Below are positions 43,525 to 54,367 of a stretch of DNA of 64,000 nucleotides, in pieces. The stretch covers positions 38,378-102,377 of IMG/VR virus record IMGVR_UViG_3300027708_001885. One strand, given 5' to 3'. Below the pieces are notes generated by a model. That model was not told the DNA's origin. It saw only the letters and a list, made by a program, of their open reading frames with translations, and made no database searches. The stretch comes from a virus. The stretch's first letter is position 1, and each line of letters starts with the position of its first letter. The position numbers were made by a program, and so were the translations under genes.

Positions 43525-45047
43525 TTAAAAACCTCTGAGAAATGCAATTGAGAAAGTGCAATTAGATATTTGTCAAACGGTGCATCGTGCAATGGGCTCA
43601 TGTTGAGATAAATGATAGCAACCAGCAATCTTACCTTGTTAAAGTCTAGCCCTTTGTTCTCACACCATTGTTGCAATTTTCCAACATATAGATCGGCATC
43701 GGAGATACTGCAATCATTCAATGTAGCAGAATCATTTTCTTCGGTATATTCTAACTTGTCAGCTTTAACTGCTTGATAGTTCAGATAGATACCACCTAAC
43801 ATCTTGGCTAGATCGTAGTGTAGGTCTCCGTAACTGTCTCCGCCAAAATCTGTACGCCAATCAATACAGGTAAACAACTCACTTGCAGGATCGAAGATAA
43901 TGTTTTCAAATTGATAATCACCGTGGATGAAACACCACTCAGATGTATTAAGTAATGATTCCCAATCTACACGTTTGAGATATGTATCGATGCTTTCTAC
44001 CATACGACCATTAACGGTCCTTGGTTCACTCCAATTGCTGTATTTTACCCTAAATTGATTAAGTCTATCTTGTGTTTTGTTAAAATAAAACTCTTGGCAG
44101 ATTGATTTAGTATTCGGAAACCATTTCTTTTTCCAAAGGTCTTTCTCCGACCAGTCCATAAGTTTATCAAATATTTCAGGAGTTAATTGATTATAAATGA
44201 TATCGCCGCGTACATAGTTGTAGACAAGGAATTGTCCACTGCGTCTAATGCCGCTAGGCATACATATCGGATTTAACAAAGCACGGTTTGCCTTGCGATC
44301 TGTTAATGTGCTGTCAGTTGTAAATTTAACAATCTTATTGTTATCGTGGTAAAATAATTCATTAGGTTTAGGAAAGCTAACTTCCTTTAGACCTTCACTT
44401 AATTCAACCCATTTGTCATATGTTCCGAAGTCTTTCCATTCGCGAACAGTATGTGCTCTAAGTTCTAAGTTATCACCTAGTCCTTGATATGCTTCTGTTG
44501 CATTTACCGCTTTAAGGTTTTCAACATAGGTCATGTCCTTGCAATACATAAGACCAATAAATGCGTCAACTGCCTGTTTGCTAGGTTGCTTGTTTACAAT
44601 CTCTGTAATCTTATCACCATCACGTTTTACCCAGCAGTAATCTTTTGCTATTGAACTATCAACAGGATGTACAGCAATCCAATTATGGTCTAATTTGTCT
44701 TTGTAATCAAAATCAAATACAGTATCGCAGCTTAACCATATAAACGGACTATTGATGTGCTTTGAACAAAGTTGAATAGTAGTTGCTGGACCAGTTGATC
44801 CTTCTTCATAGTTTGCTATGTCTACATAGACTACCTGTTTGTCTGTATGTACTGAGCTAACATAGTCTTTGACCTGTTGACCCATATGCCCGCAAGCAAT
44901 AACAAATTTAGTATCGAGATCAAACTTGCCCATGATATGACTGATCAAGGGCTGGTTGTCATAAGGTATTAGGCCTTTATTGACCATTCGACTAAATGGT
45001 CCCATCCTACGACCAAAGCCGGCTGCGAGAATTAAAACTGTTAGCAT
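43521..45047 (-). CDS. nucleotidyltransferase fused to a phosphotransferase (APH/choline kinase-like) domain
   Basis: ILAAGFGRRM...NK; HGDYQFENI, IDWR, YDLAK. Confidence 0.8.
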   Translation of the reverse strand: MLTVLILAAGFGRRMGPFSRMVNKGLIPYDNQPLISHIMGKFDLDTKFVIACGHMGQQVKDYVSSVHTDKQVVYVDIANYEEGSTGPATTIQLCSKHINSPFIWLSCDTVFDFDYKDKLDHNWIAVHPVDSSIAKDYCWVKRDGDKITEIVNKQPSKQAVDAFIGLMYCKDMTYVENLKAVNATEAYQGLGDNLELRAHTVREWKDFGTYDKWVELSEGLKEVSFPKPNELFYHDNNKIVKFTTDSTLTDRKANRALLNPICMPSGIRRSGQFLVYNYVRGDIIYNQLTPEIFDKLMDWSEKDLWKKKWFPNTKSICQEFYFNKTQDRLNQFRVKYSNWSEPRTVNGRMVESIDTYLKRVDWESLLNTSEWCFIHGDYQFENIIFDPASELFTCIDWRTDFGGDSYGDLHYDLAKMLGGIYLNYQAVKADKLEYTEENDSATLNDCSISDADLYVGKLQQWCENKGLDFNKVRLLVAIIYLNMSPLHDAPFDKYLIALSQLHFSEVFK

Positions 45048-45518
45048 TTATTTGTGTTCCGATTCAATCTTCCCATGGCTCCTGTTTGCATCATCTTGCA
45101 GGCGGATAACGTCATCTAAATGACAAGTACTTGCTTCTACAAAACGCAAATCTGTATCGGCAATCATTCTATGGATAGTTCCCGGTTCAATAGTCATAAC
45201 GCTGCCTGGCCCGTACTTCTGGAACTTTAAATCAACAATAAAATTATCAATTTCTTGTGTGGTATATTTTCCAGAAATGTATTTTTCGCAATCAAAAAAT
45301 GCATCGCTATAAACAATTATGCCTTCGCCTTCTAAGATATAATTTGTTTCGGATTTATATTGGTGTACCTGCAAACTAGTTTTAAATCCTTGTTTAAGAA
45401 CAATCTCTTTTAAAACATAGTTATGGTTTCCTAGGATGTCGCCTTGCTGGATCCATTTCTCTTGTCCCCAAGGTTTGGCAACTGTTTTTACTTCTTCAAA
45501 ATTACTGTGTTTCATCAT
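45048..45518 (-). CDS. cupin-domain protein (sugar isomerase-like)
   Basis: KPWG, SLQVH..K.ET, HRM, EAST...DDVIRLQD. Confidence 0.78.
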   Translation of the reverse strand: MMKHSNFEEVKTVAKPWGQEKWIQQGDILGNHNYVLKEIVLKQGFKTSLQVHQYKSETNYILEGEGIIVYSDAFFDCEKYISGKYTTQEIDNFIVDLKFQKYGPGSVMTIEPGTIHRMIADTDLRFVEASTCHLDDVIRLQDDANRSHGKIESEHK

Positions 45519-46834
45519 AAAAATAAACTCATAAAGCCATCTACTTTTTCGCCGATGTAAGCGATCTGTTCCGGAGTGATAACAGGACTGCAACCGTGGA
45601 AAAATGTATTCTTCATTGTGTAGGTTGCTACAGGATAGTTATCACGTGCTTCCGCTGGATTCATTAAATGTGAATATGCAGGTTGCAACATAACATTACC
45701 AGCAAAGTACGGACGAGTTTGAATTAGATTTTCTTCTAAATAGTCAACAATGTCTGCACGAGTAAATGGAGCACCTTCTCTAATAGTTAAAGGAAATGCA
45801 AACCAACTTACATCGGCTTTATCACATGGACGTGGAATATGGAAGAACTCCTCGTATTTTTCATAGATCTTAAACAACAGTTCATAGTTGCGTTGACGTA
45901 GCTCATGAATCTGTGGTAGCTTTTTAATCTGCTCTAGACCCATAGCAGCCTGCAATTCAATAGGTTTTAGATTATAACCAATTTCATCATAGACATACTT
46001 GTGATCAAAGATCTCACCGGGAAGTTCTGGAATCCATTCTTTAAAGCGACTTCCGCAAGTACCGCATTTAAGTTTGTTAGCCTCTGGACCAACACAGTAG
46101 CAACCACGACCCCACTCACGGAAACTACGTACAATAACTTCTTGACTAGGACTATTGGTTGCTACAAAGCCACCTTCACCCATAGTCATATGGTGTGCTG
46201 GATAGAACGAGCATGATGCCATAAATCCAAAGCTGCCTAGTGGCTTGCCGTCATAGATAGTACCTAGTCCATCACAGCAATCTTCAAGCAGGACTAGATT
46301 ATACTTCTTAACCAATTCCATGACACGATCCATATTAGGGGGATTACCAAGTACATGAGCAAATGTAATAACTTTAATCTCTGGATCTTCTGCTAGGATT
46401 CGTTCTGCGTGATCGAGATCAATGTTTAGTGTATCAATTTCAATGTCAACAAATACAGGAACAAAGCCGACCTGTAGTGTAGGATTAAGTGTTGTTGGAA
46501 ATCCTGCAATGGGCATCAATACCTTTGTACCTTTGGGAAAGTTATGTCCACGCTTACTGGTCAATGATGCCATCATTAACAAGTTAGCACTAGAACCGGA
46601 GTTGGTCAATACTCCTAGACTCTTTCCAAACTGTGCAGGAAACTCTCTTTCAAAGCGTGTACCACATTCACCTAGGGCCAACCACCCTTTAAGTAGTGAT
46701 TCTACACCTGCCATATATTCAGATGAATCGTATAAGGCACCAGCATAGTTAACAAAGTCTTTGCCTGCAACCCAGGTCTTCTTTGCTTCTTTTTCTTCGA
46801 TGTATTTTTTTACTAGATCTAAAATTTCTTTCAT
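45515..46834 (-). CDS. rfbH: CDP-4-keto-6-deoxyglucose 3-dehydratase (E1)-like, DegT family
   Basis: NSGSSANL, EDCCD, SFYPAHHMTMGEGG (His replaces Lys), WGRGCYC. Confidence 0.88.
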   Translation of the reverse strand: MKEILDLVKKYIEEKEAKKTWVAGKDFVNYAGALYDSSEYMAGVESLLKGWLALGECGTRFEREFPAQFGKSLGVLTNSGSSANLLMMASLTSKRGHNFPKGTKVLMPIAGFPTTLNPTLQVGFVPVFVDIEIDTLNIDLDHAERILAEDPEIKVITFAHVLGNPPNMDRVMELVKKYNLVLLEDCCDGLGTIYDGKPLGSFGFMASCSFYPAHHMTMGEGGFVATNSPSQEVIVRSFREWGRGCYCVGPEANKLKCGTCGSRFKEWIPELPGEIFDHKYVYDEIGYNLKPIELQAAMGLEQIKKLPQIHELRQRNYELLFKIYEKYEEFFHIPRPCDKADVSWFAFPLTIREGAPFTRADIVDYLEENLIQTRPYFAGNVMLQPAYSHLMNPAEARDNYPVATYTMKNTFFHGCSPVITPEQIAYIGEKVDGFMSLFL

Positions 46835-46842
46835 GTTTTCTC

Positions 46843-47502
46843 TTATGGTGTAATATGTCTAACTAATCCAAGGAACTGTTGGCATAGTTCTTTCTTGGGC
46901 AAGCCACTGCCTGCAAAGTGAATTAAAAAGTCTCCTGGCTCCCACTGTCCACAATTGCCAGTCTTGTCAATATCACTATGGTAGATGTTCCAGTATAGCT
47001 GTCTATACAAGAAACTGTTGAAAGTCTTTTGTGGAACAAACTTAAACAGGTGTCCGTATGTTGGCATACTGTCAATCATAGCCTGTTGTTCCCACCACAT
47101 GTGTGTTTGATACTTTTCAACTTGTGTCCATAGATATGCAAAGTATTCTCTGCTCTCTGGGCTGTTCTTGATCATAAAGCTATCAGCATTTATATCGTTA
47201 ATGTCCTTTGCCATGACAATATGATATTTCTCATCGATAAAACTTTCTAATTTAATATAGAAGTTAGTAATCAACGTATCAGCACCTGCCCAATACAACC
47301 AATCATATTCTGGATGCTCAGTCATTACCTCTAGCATGAACTTGATCTTTTCGTAGCTAGGACAGTATGTGAATCCATCTGTTTTAATATGATACGGATA
47401 GCCCCAATGATCACAATATAGTTTTTTATTCTGTGTCCATGAGACATCTGCCAATGCTTGGTAGTTGTGATCCCATAATTGGCATACTGCAATTTTTGTC
47501 AT
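46843..47502 (-). CDS. glycosyltransferase family 34-like, paralog
   Basis: ADTLITN, EQQAM, GDFLIHFAG. Confidence 0.78.
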   Translation of the reverse strand: MTKIAVCQLWDHNYQALADVSWTQNKKLYCDHWGYPYHIKTDGFTYCPSYEKIKFMLEVMTEHPEYDWLYWAGADTLITNFYIKLESFIDEKYHIVMAKDINDINADSFMIKNSPESREYFAYLWTQVEKYQTHMWWEQQAMIDSMPTYGHLFKFVPQKTFNSFLYRQLYWNIYHSDIDKTGNCGQWEPGDFLIHFAGSGLPKKELCQQFLGLVRHITP

Positions 47503-48062
47503 AGTGTTCCTTGAAATTTATAACAGTCATTCCATACAGGATGACTTAGGTCTCGATCGCTTATAATCAGCGACTGATCTGGCACGAATGGCCATTGAAT
47601 GTTTAGTATAACATCTTCTGCATCAATTCCGCACTCAGCTTGGGCATTATAGTAGTTGTCTAACTTGTAGTTAACATATGTGTTTGGCTCTAAAGTTAAG
47701 AAGCCATGATAGAAACCGCGCGGTACATATACGATACTCGGATCGTCTTTGTTAATATTAATTTTACAAGACTTTCCGTATGTAGGACTTCCTACTCTAG
47801 CATCTACGATTACATCTAAAATGCTACCATTAAACACACTGACTAGTTTAGCTTGAGGGCAAATTGCTGACTGCGAGTGCATCCCTCTTAGGGTATTTGA
47901 GCTTGCACTAAAACTAGTGTAGTCAAAGATAAACTTATTAGTAATACCGATCTCTTCAAGCCAGCTTTCTCTAAAGTCTTCAGTAAACCATCCACGACTA
48001 TCTCCGTGGCGTTTCAACTTAATGACCTTGGCATCCTTTAGCGGTAAATCGTAATATTCCAT
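47499..48062 (-). CDS. rfbC: dTDP-4-dehydrorhamnose 3,5-epimerase
   Basis: DSRGWF, LRGMH, QAKLV, VPRGFYHGF. Confidence 0.92.
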   Translation of the reverse strand: MEYYDLPLKDAKVIKLKRHGDSRGWFTEDFRESWLEEIGITNKFIFDYTSFSASSNTLRGMHSQSAICPQAKLVSVFNGSILDVIVDARVGSPTYGKSCKININKDDPSIVYVPRGFYHGFLTLEPNTYVNYKLDNYYNAQAECGIDAEDVILNIQWPFVPDQSLIISDRDLSHPVWNDCYKFQGTL

Positions 48063-48862
48063 TAGAAGTAATTTCCATTTACTCTAGGAAACCAAACATC
48101 TCCCCATCCTCGGGGGCTACGGAAATTATCCCAGTCTTTTCTAGTTTCGGACCAGAATGTTTTTCCAAGTCCGATAGCCAGTGCCATTACAATACTTTGA
48201 TTAGCCATGACTTGTTCAGCACCTTGTATGAGCTGTGCCATCTCTAACATATTACGAACTGGTGAGTAAGGTACATTACAATTAAATTGTCTATTAAATG
48301 CAACTGACTCTTCTTCTGTGCCCAGGAAGATAGCAACATCCTCAAGACCTTCATCTACCCATTTGTGCCATGTAGGTGCAGTAGGATCACCACCTTGTAA
48401 GTATCGAGGAGTTCTATTGATAACAATAGGCCTGCCTTCTACTTTTACAGGTTCAACTCCGTCTAACCACGGATCAATTAATAGTGCTTTACGATGTTCA
48501 TCGAGATCCAGACCGCATACCAAAGCAGCACATTCTGTTTGATTACCTTGCCAACCTTTTGGCCCTGTGGTAAATTTATAATGATTGGCTAGATCGTGGT
48601 CCACTGTTTCATTACGCCATACATTGAGTTTATGGATGTAGCTTTGTTTTTCTAACAGTGGAAATAAAAAGTCAATGTCTGCCTGTGTATAGCGGCCTGC
48701 ATGTGGTCCTGCATTTGGCGCACCAAAAGCGTTCCAAGACACTTCGTTCATCCCGTTTAGTTTGATATATAGATCACCGCCTCCTAGAATCTTAATTGGG
48801 CACATACTATAAATTGTATCGCCAAATGTCCCCGAATGGCTGAATGATAATCTTTTGGTCAT
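48062..48862 (-). CDS. hypothetical protein, GT-B (GT9-like) related
   Basis: HSGTFGDTIYS...ANQS...ALAIGLG. Confidence 0.55.
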   Translation of the reverse strand: MTKRLSFSHSGTFGDTIYSMCPIKILGGGDLYIKLNGMNEVSWNAFGAPNAGPHAGRYTQADIDFLFPLLEKQSYIHKLNVWRNETVDHDLANHYKFTTGPKGWQGNQTECAALVCGLDLDEHRKALLIDPWLDGVEPVKVEGRPIVINRTPRYLQGGDPTAPTWHKWVDEGLEDVAIFLGTEEESVAFNRQFNCNVPYSPVRNMLEMAQLIQGAEQVMANQSIVMALAIGLGKTFWSETRKDWDNFRSPRGWGDVWFPRVNGNYF

Positions 48863-48972
48863 TAAATCCTCTTGTATTTTGTGCAGTATTTAAAATAATT
48901 TTTTCTACGGCATTACAAATATGATACAGCCTTGATTTGCTTTTGTCAAGTCTTTAGTGTATAATTAATGTT

Positions 48973-49686
48973 ATGAAAACATTAGTATTTTGCACCTCTT
49001 ACTCAAACGATCAAGCACGATGGGACGGCCTGTTTGGACGTTGGATCAATGCTTTAGAAAACAGCAAACTTGAATACGATCAACTATTGTTGATTGATGA
49101 CGGTAGTGCTATACTGCCTGGATGGGAAGGCGTTGAAGTTATTCGAGAAAATCAAATGCCTGCTGAATGTCCAGACAGCCGCGGGGTGATTTATCACTTT
49201 GAAAAGAACGGAGGATATACTGGACACGGTGTATATCCTGGCTGGTATCGAAGTTATATGTTTGCAGCAGAGTATGCTGAGAAATACGGCTTTGAAAAAG
49301 TAATACACATTGAATCTGATGCGTTCTTAATCACAGATCGCATTCAGGAGTATGTCAATAGTCTAGAACAAGGCTGGACAACCTTTTGGTGCCCACGCCA
49401 TAAGTTTCCAGAAAACAATATTCAGATCATTGCAGGTGATGGTTTAAAAAGATTTATTGCTTGGAATAAAGAAAAAGTTCCCTACTCAACATATCAAAAT
49501 ATATGTGCTGAGTTTTGGACTCCTTATACCCATGTTAATAGAGACTTTAAAGGAGACCGCTGGGGCGAGTTTGCTCCGGGCATGGCAGCAGTAGCCGATC
49601 CTAGTTGCCCTCCAGGTGTACCGCGCGATGCGGATTTTGTATGTCAAATTCGTCAGGAAAGCCCATGTTGGTGGCTTGAAGAATAA
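48973..49686 (+). CDS. GT-A-like hypothetical protein
   Basis: LLIDDGS and HIESD. Confidence 0.6.
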   Translation: MKTLVFCTSYSNDQARWDGLFGRWINALENSKLEYDQLLLIDDGSAILPGWEGVEVIRENQMPAECPDSRGVIYHFEKNGGYTGHGVYPGWYRSYMFAAEYAEKYGFEKVIHIESDAFLITDRIQEYVNSLEQGWTTFWCPRHKFPENNIQIIAGDGLKRFIAWNKEKVPYSTYQNICAEFWTPYTHVNRDFKGDRWGEFAPGMAAVADPSCPPGVPRDADFVCQIRQESPCWWLEE

Positions 49687-49745
49687 TTATCTACCCACAT
49701 ATCCTCTAATTCATTATATGTAAATATAATAAACTGGAAAGATTA

Positions 49746-49895
49746 ATGAAAGACTCTATTAAAAACTTACAAACTAGTTTAGCTCAAGATTTAGTTAAAC
49801 TTGAAGAGAGCAATATCAATGAAGAACATTTTGAAATAATTGAGGATACTTACGAAAAGGTATACCTGCTTCTTAATAATGCAAGGGAAAATTAA
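49746..49895 (+). CDS. small hypothetical protein (49 aa)
   Basis: Hand-translated; TAATG-coupled to the next ORF. Confidence 0.5.
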   Translation: MKDSIKNLQTSLAQDLVKLEESNINEEHFEIIEDTYEKVYLLLNNAREN

Positions 49896-50032
49896 TGGAA
49901 TTTATTTTAACTTATGTTGCAATCGGATTCTTTACAGTATTTGGTTGGAACGCAGGACAAAAAGTTTGGGACAAGTATGTTGAACCACCTGCAATTGAAC
50001 AGCCGGCAATAAAAAATGAAACTTCAAAATAA
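49895..50032 (+). CDS. small membrane protein (45 aa)
   Basis: MEFILTYVAIGFFTVFGW... hydrophobic N-terminus. Confidence 0.55.
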   Translation: MEFILTYVAIGFFTVFGWNAGQKVWDKYVEPPAIEQPAIKNETSK

Positions 50033-50138
50033 AATACTATTAGATTGGTATGAAAGAATCTTTGACAATGTATTAAGAGTATTATGGTTAATTTTGTTAA
50101 TCATGTGGATTAACTCTGAACACACTTTATTCAAATGA
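50016..50138 (+). CDS. small membrane protein (40 aa)
   Basis: VLRVLWLILLIMWI segment; ATGA overlap with the next gene. Confidence 0.45.
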   Translation: MKLQNKILLDWYERIFDNVLRVLWLILLIMWINSEHTLFK

Positions 50139-50776
50139 AACCTACTATTGCCCTATTCATACACCAACCAATGTGTAGCATACAATCGGGCAATGGAATT
50201 ATTAATGCACTACGATCCGATTATAATTTCAAAATCTTTACCAAACACGAATTAGAAGACGGATTCTTTGACGGTGTTGACATGCTGGCCTTTCCCGGAG
50301 GTTTTGGTAACTCTGATAGCTATGACTATCTAATGAAGATCAATAGTAAATCTATTACCAACTTTATAAACAGCGGTGGCTATTACCTTGGTATATGTAT
50401 GGGAGCTTACTGGGCAGGTAAAAATTACTTTAAACTGTTAGAAGGTGTTGATGCTGTCCAATACTACAAAAGACCTACAGCCTGCACTCGTCGTCCCCAT
50501 ACTAAAAATATGCCAATAACTTGGCAAGGAGTCGAAGACAAAATGTTCTTTAACGATGGCTGCACTTTTGTGGGCAAGGGCAAGTATGAAACTTACGCCA
50601 CATATTCAAATGGTGATCCCATGGCTATCATTCAGAATAGATTAGGATTAATAGGATGCCACCCAGAAAGTGAAAAATTTTGGTATGATGGATATCCGCA
50701 GCTTATCGAGCAGTATCATTATGGAGTTCACCATAAGCTACTGTTAAACTTTGTCAATACTTTATTATCTAAATAA
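50135..50776 (+). CDS. BPL_N / class I glutamine amidotransferase-like protein
   Basis: FPGG, YLGICMGAY, GCHPE. Confidence 0.8.
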   Translation: MKPTIALFIHQPMCSIQSGNGIINALRSDYNFKIFTKHELEDGFFDGVDMLAFPGGFGNSDSYDYLMKINSKSITNFINSGGYYLGICMGAYWAGKNYFKLLEGVDAVQYYKRPTACTRRPHTKNMPITWQGVEDKMFFNDGCTFVGKGKYETYATYSNGDPMAIIQNRLGLIGCHPESEKFWYDGYPQLIEQYHYGVHHKLLLNFVNTLLSK

Positions 50777-50811
50777 TCACTTTGACTTTACCGGTCGCAA
50801 CTTTGATATCT

Positions 50812-51021
50812 TTATAGAGTTACAGCCAGACTTGACTGCGGCGCCAGCCAAAGCAAAGAGGGTTGAGAGATCCATCGATTCTCTCTCTTGCGCCATTCTA
50901 AGCACCAGACTGTGCGATTATAAACATCGCCGCTCCATGCCCATCGTACACATTCCCACTCGGGCCATTTTTTAATATCTGGTTCTTTGGCCAATGCTAA
51001 TACTAAAATCCATTCGTACAT
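50812..51021 (-). CDS. small hypothetical protein
   Basis: WECVRWAWSGDVYNRTVWCLEW segment. Confidence 0.55.
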   Translation of the reverse strand: MYEWILVLALAKEPDIKKWPEWECVRWAWSGDVYNRTVWCLEWRKRENRWISQPSLLWLAPQSSLAVTL

Positions 51022-51141
51022 AATAATTTACTTTTTGAAATAAGCTTCATATAGCATTACCCAATATAATACAAACAGCGGACTTAACGCTATTAAAAAT
51101 AGTAGGTCACTGAATGTTATAACAATATTAAAGTACATAAA

Positions 51142-51759
51142 TTATCCTCCGGCTACGGCCTTGTCTCTTTCTTCACGCTCTTTAGCTGCACGTTCTCTGG
51201 CGTGTCTTCTTACCACAGCGTCACGTTCTGCTACCTTCTGTTCATAGATTCTTTTTTCTTCCATGGACCCGTGGATGCCAATCCCGCCCATGACAATTGC
51301 AAATATAATAGCTGATCCTGACAGGAAATACATACAAAGCATACCCATTTCCGCCATCTTTTTTTTGCGTGCCAGTTGACGTTCTGCTTCTTCACGTTCA
51401 GCCGCTGCTCTTTCTTTAACAAGGCGTGTTCGTTCTCTGATCATGTCTTCCCAGATTTGAGGCTTGCCCAACTGCCACACGATCATGTCTTTCAAATCTC
51501 GCTCGTATTGTCTTAGAGCATCGCTATGCATAGCGATTTGAAGTGCTTCTTTTCCTAATTCTGCGTCAGTTTTACCAAGTTGTTGAGCTTTAATCTTGGT
51601 TTTGGATCGTTCTTTATGGATAGCATCCGCAGAGTCAAAGAATTTGCTAAACTGCCCAACAAGGCTGTTGACATCTTTACCTAGAGCGATAGCCTGTTTG
51701 ATGTAGCCAACCGCTGATTGTGCGGCCGTAAATGCTAGACCAATAGTGATTGGATCCAT
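51142..51759 (-). CDS. hypothetical membrane/coiled-coil protein
   Basis: MDPITI N-terminus, charged helix, one TM segment. Confidence 0.65.
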   Translation of the reverse strand: MDPITIGLAFTAAQSAVGYIKQAIALGKDVNSLVGQFSKFFDSADAIHKERSKTKIKAQQLGKTDAELGKEALQIAMHSDALRQYERDLKDMIVWQLGKPQIWEDMIRERTRLVKERAAAEREEAERQLARKKKMAEMGMLCMYFLSGSAIIFAIVMGGIGIHGSMEEKRIYEQKVAERDAVVRRHARERAAKEREERDKAVAGG

Positions 51760-51835
51760 TAAAAAACCGCTCCATAACAGTAGTGTACTATTATTTAATC
51801 GGTTTTTAACTTTAAATTAAGTATATATTTAACTC

Positions 51836-52849
51836 TTATCTAATAATTTCTAGTAGCGCATTTACGAGTCTTTTAGGTTCTTGTACATCGAGACTACAAT
51901 TACATTCTGCTTTTTCGCATATCACACTGTCTGCAGCCCATGCAAAATTGTTATCATGTACATTGGCTATTACGCCGCCTTGTTTACACATTGATCTAAG
52001 TACATCATCAACTTCTATCATCAGGAGATCTTTGCCAATATCGCACTCCCATCCTTTGAATTTAGTTTCTAAACGTTGTACAAAGTCCTGTGAAGGAGCA
52101 GTCTTAATTGAATTATCGCTGTATGTCAGTGTTACACTAGATTGATACCAAGGTATAGATTCTATATGTTTTTGTTTCTTTATATATTCTCTAAAGTATA
52201 ATGGGCTCCTGGCATAAAGATTTTTTTGAATTAGTTCTAATTGTTCTGCTGTGTAAGGTTGCAGACATGCACCGTCATCAGTTGTTATAGGTTTTAAGCT
52301 AGAAATTGAAGCAGATTTTTTAAGAATCTCTCGATGTGCATCTACAGCAGCATTAAATAGACTAGTATCTGCCTGTGTAGTAACAAACACTGTTACTAAT
52401 GTGTTAGTAGCCTGCATTAAATTATTGACTTCTATAGTATGTTCTACTTTAGCACCTTGCTCTGTATGATGAGATATATACAATCTATCTAATACGTTGG
52501 CGTCTGCTAGTTCTTTCCACCAGCGTATGGTCCTGGAACCGTTGCTAATCATGCTGGTATATCCGCCACGATCTTTTATATATTTTAGTAACTCAATCAA
52601 CTTAGGATATAATGTAGGTTCCCCACCTGTAAATTGAAACCAAACTATTTTGGTTAGATCATTTTTGATCAACCTATCGATAGTCGATGTGTAAACTTCA
52701 TAGTCAAGGAAACGTTTGCTACCATCTTTGAATATACTTGGACAAAAACTGCAATCAAAATTACAGATGTTGCTCAATCGCCATTCTACTATTCTAGTTG
52801 TTCTAGGGGACTTGGCCCTTTCTAGTTTAATAGGGATAACTTTATTCAC
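51836..52849 (-). CDS. radical SAM protein
   Basis: CNFDCSFC, TGGEPTL, SNGS. Confidence 0.88.
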   Translation of the reverse strand: MNKVIPIKLERAKSPRTTRIVEWRLSNICNFDCSFCPSIFKDGSKRFLDYEVYTSTIDRLIKNDLTKIVWFQFTGGEPTLYPKLIELLKYIKDRGGYTSMISNGSRTIRWWKELADANVLDRLYISHHTEQGAKVEHTIEVNNLMQATNTLVTVFVTTQADTSLFNAAVDAHREILKKSASISSLKPITTDDGACLQPYTAEQLELIQKNLYARSPLYFREYIKKQKHIESIPWYQSSVTLTYSDNSIKTAPSQDFVQRLETKFKGWECDIGKDLLMIEVDDVLRSMCKQGGVIANVHDNNFAWAADSVICEKAECNCSLDVQEPKRLVNALLEIIR

Positions 52850-52863
52850 CAGGTACTTAGAAA

Positions 52864-54357
52864 TTATTGTGGGGGTACTTGCTCGGGTTCTTGCCCAATT
52901 TGTTGCTGGCTAGCACCCAAAGGCTTTTTCATATTTTGGATGCTTTTTGGAACTGGTGCAACTGGTGGTTTAGGTGCAGGCATTCCGGGTGATGCAACAG
53001 GTACTGGTCGAGTCATAGTAGTTAGCTCGGATAATAACGGTTCCATAGTAACCGAATTCCAAATCTTTTTATTGTCACCGGTTGCGTGATAACCCAATTT
53101 AATTAAAGATTTGCCAGAGTTCGCATCATAGATGTTTAGCTCAGGACGAGGTTCGCCGTTCTTACTTATACCTTCTCTATAGGATACTGTAAGATTAATG
53201 TTATCTGTCAATAGCTTATCGGTTAAATTTTTAAAACTATGTACTGTACTTACGCCAGTTTTACTTAACTGTACTAGTCTAACACCATCGTCGCCTTTAG
53301 TCGCATGATTTAAAACCATTGCAGCAATTTTAGCAACAACTCCAGCTTCTGACCTAGCATCAGCACCTGCTAGTTGCGATTTTAATTGACGAGTTGCATC
53401 TTTATAGGCCTTGGTCCAGAATGTAACTTTTTCTGCAACTCGCCTTGGCTGAGGAATTTCTACACCAATTGGGCTAAAGAAATTAACTGTACTCTGCCAT
53501 ACACCTTTTGTACTAGCTACATCAGCGGTTAATGATCCTGCACCTTGTTGTCCAAATTGACTACTGCCTGCTTTTAGACTAATTTTAAGAGCTTTTAATG
53601 GTTTACCATTTGCAAAAGCTTCAATATCAGTCTTTTTACCTTTTTGGTCGCTCATACCATCGCTAGCAACAGTTACCATATCTACTTTTCCATTTTTATA
53701 AAAGTGGTCAGCATATCTATCAATTTGTCCGCTATTTGCATAATGTACAGCGGAAGGTAACATTGTACCGTATTGTTGCCAGAAATCAGGACGTTGCATA
53801 AACACCCTTGTAGGTTCTCTAACTGCTACTGTAAATTTAATAATGTCTGCAATTTTACTATTTTTATCTGCTACTGTGTAAGAGCTAGTTCCGCTGTTCA
53901 CAGCAGAATTTAATGTGTTCATAACATCTTCCGCAGTAATATCGTCTACATTATCTGATCCACGTTTAATAAGTTTAGCAACAACTGCCGCACTTAATAC
54001 AGGCTCCGATAAATCACCCACGTTTCCTTCAGTACTACCCTTTTGTCCAGGAGCATGAACCATACCGCCCTGTATAGCACTATCATTTCCAGAAATAGCT
54101 AGATATGTATTATTAGGTCGTTTAAAATAACGTATTATATTACCTGTACCAAATTGAACTGTTGGGGTACGCTTAGGAGCTTTTTCTACCCACTCTAAAT
54201 CTTCGCTAGGATCAAAGTCGGGTACAGTTGCTTTAATAGTATTTGCTAGAGCCTTGCCTTTAGCAGAAGTAGAGCCGACTCTCACTTTATGTCCAAACGA
54301 GTATTTGTCTGCTCTGGTAAAAATGCTAGCTTCGGATAAAAATTCACGTGATCTCAT
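52864..54357 (-). CDS. hypothetical protein (possibly virion-associated)
   Basis: MRSREFLSE N-terminus, TAAATA upstream, Pro-rich tail. Confidence 0.6.
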   Translation of the reverse strand: MRSREFLSEASIFTRADKYSFGHKVRVGSTSAKGKALANTIKATVPDFDPSEDLEWVEKAPKRTPTVQFGTGNIIRYFKRPNNTYLAISGNDSAIQGGMVHAPGQKGSTEGNVGDLSEPVLSAAVVAKLIKRGSDNVDDITAEDVMNTLNSAVNSGTSSYTVADKNSKIADIIKFTVAVREPTRVFMQRPDFWQQYGTMLPSAVHYANSGQIDRYADHFYKNGKVDMVTVASDGMSDQKGKKTDIEAFANGKPLKALKISLKAGSSQFGQQGAGSLTADVASTKGVWQSTVNFFSPIGVEIPQPRRVAEKVTFWTKAYKDATRQLKSQLAGADARSEAGVVAKIAAMVLNHATKGDDGVRLVQLSKTGVSTVHSFKNLTDKLLTDNINLTVSYREGISKNGEPRPELNIYDANSGKSLIKLGYHATGDNKKIWNSVTMEPLLSELTTMTRPVPVASPGMPAPKPPVAPVPKSIQNMKKPLGASQQQIGQEPEQVPPQ

Positions 54358-54367
54358 AATATACTAT

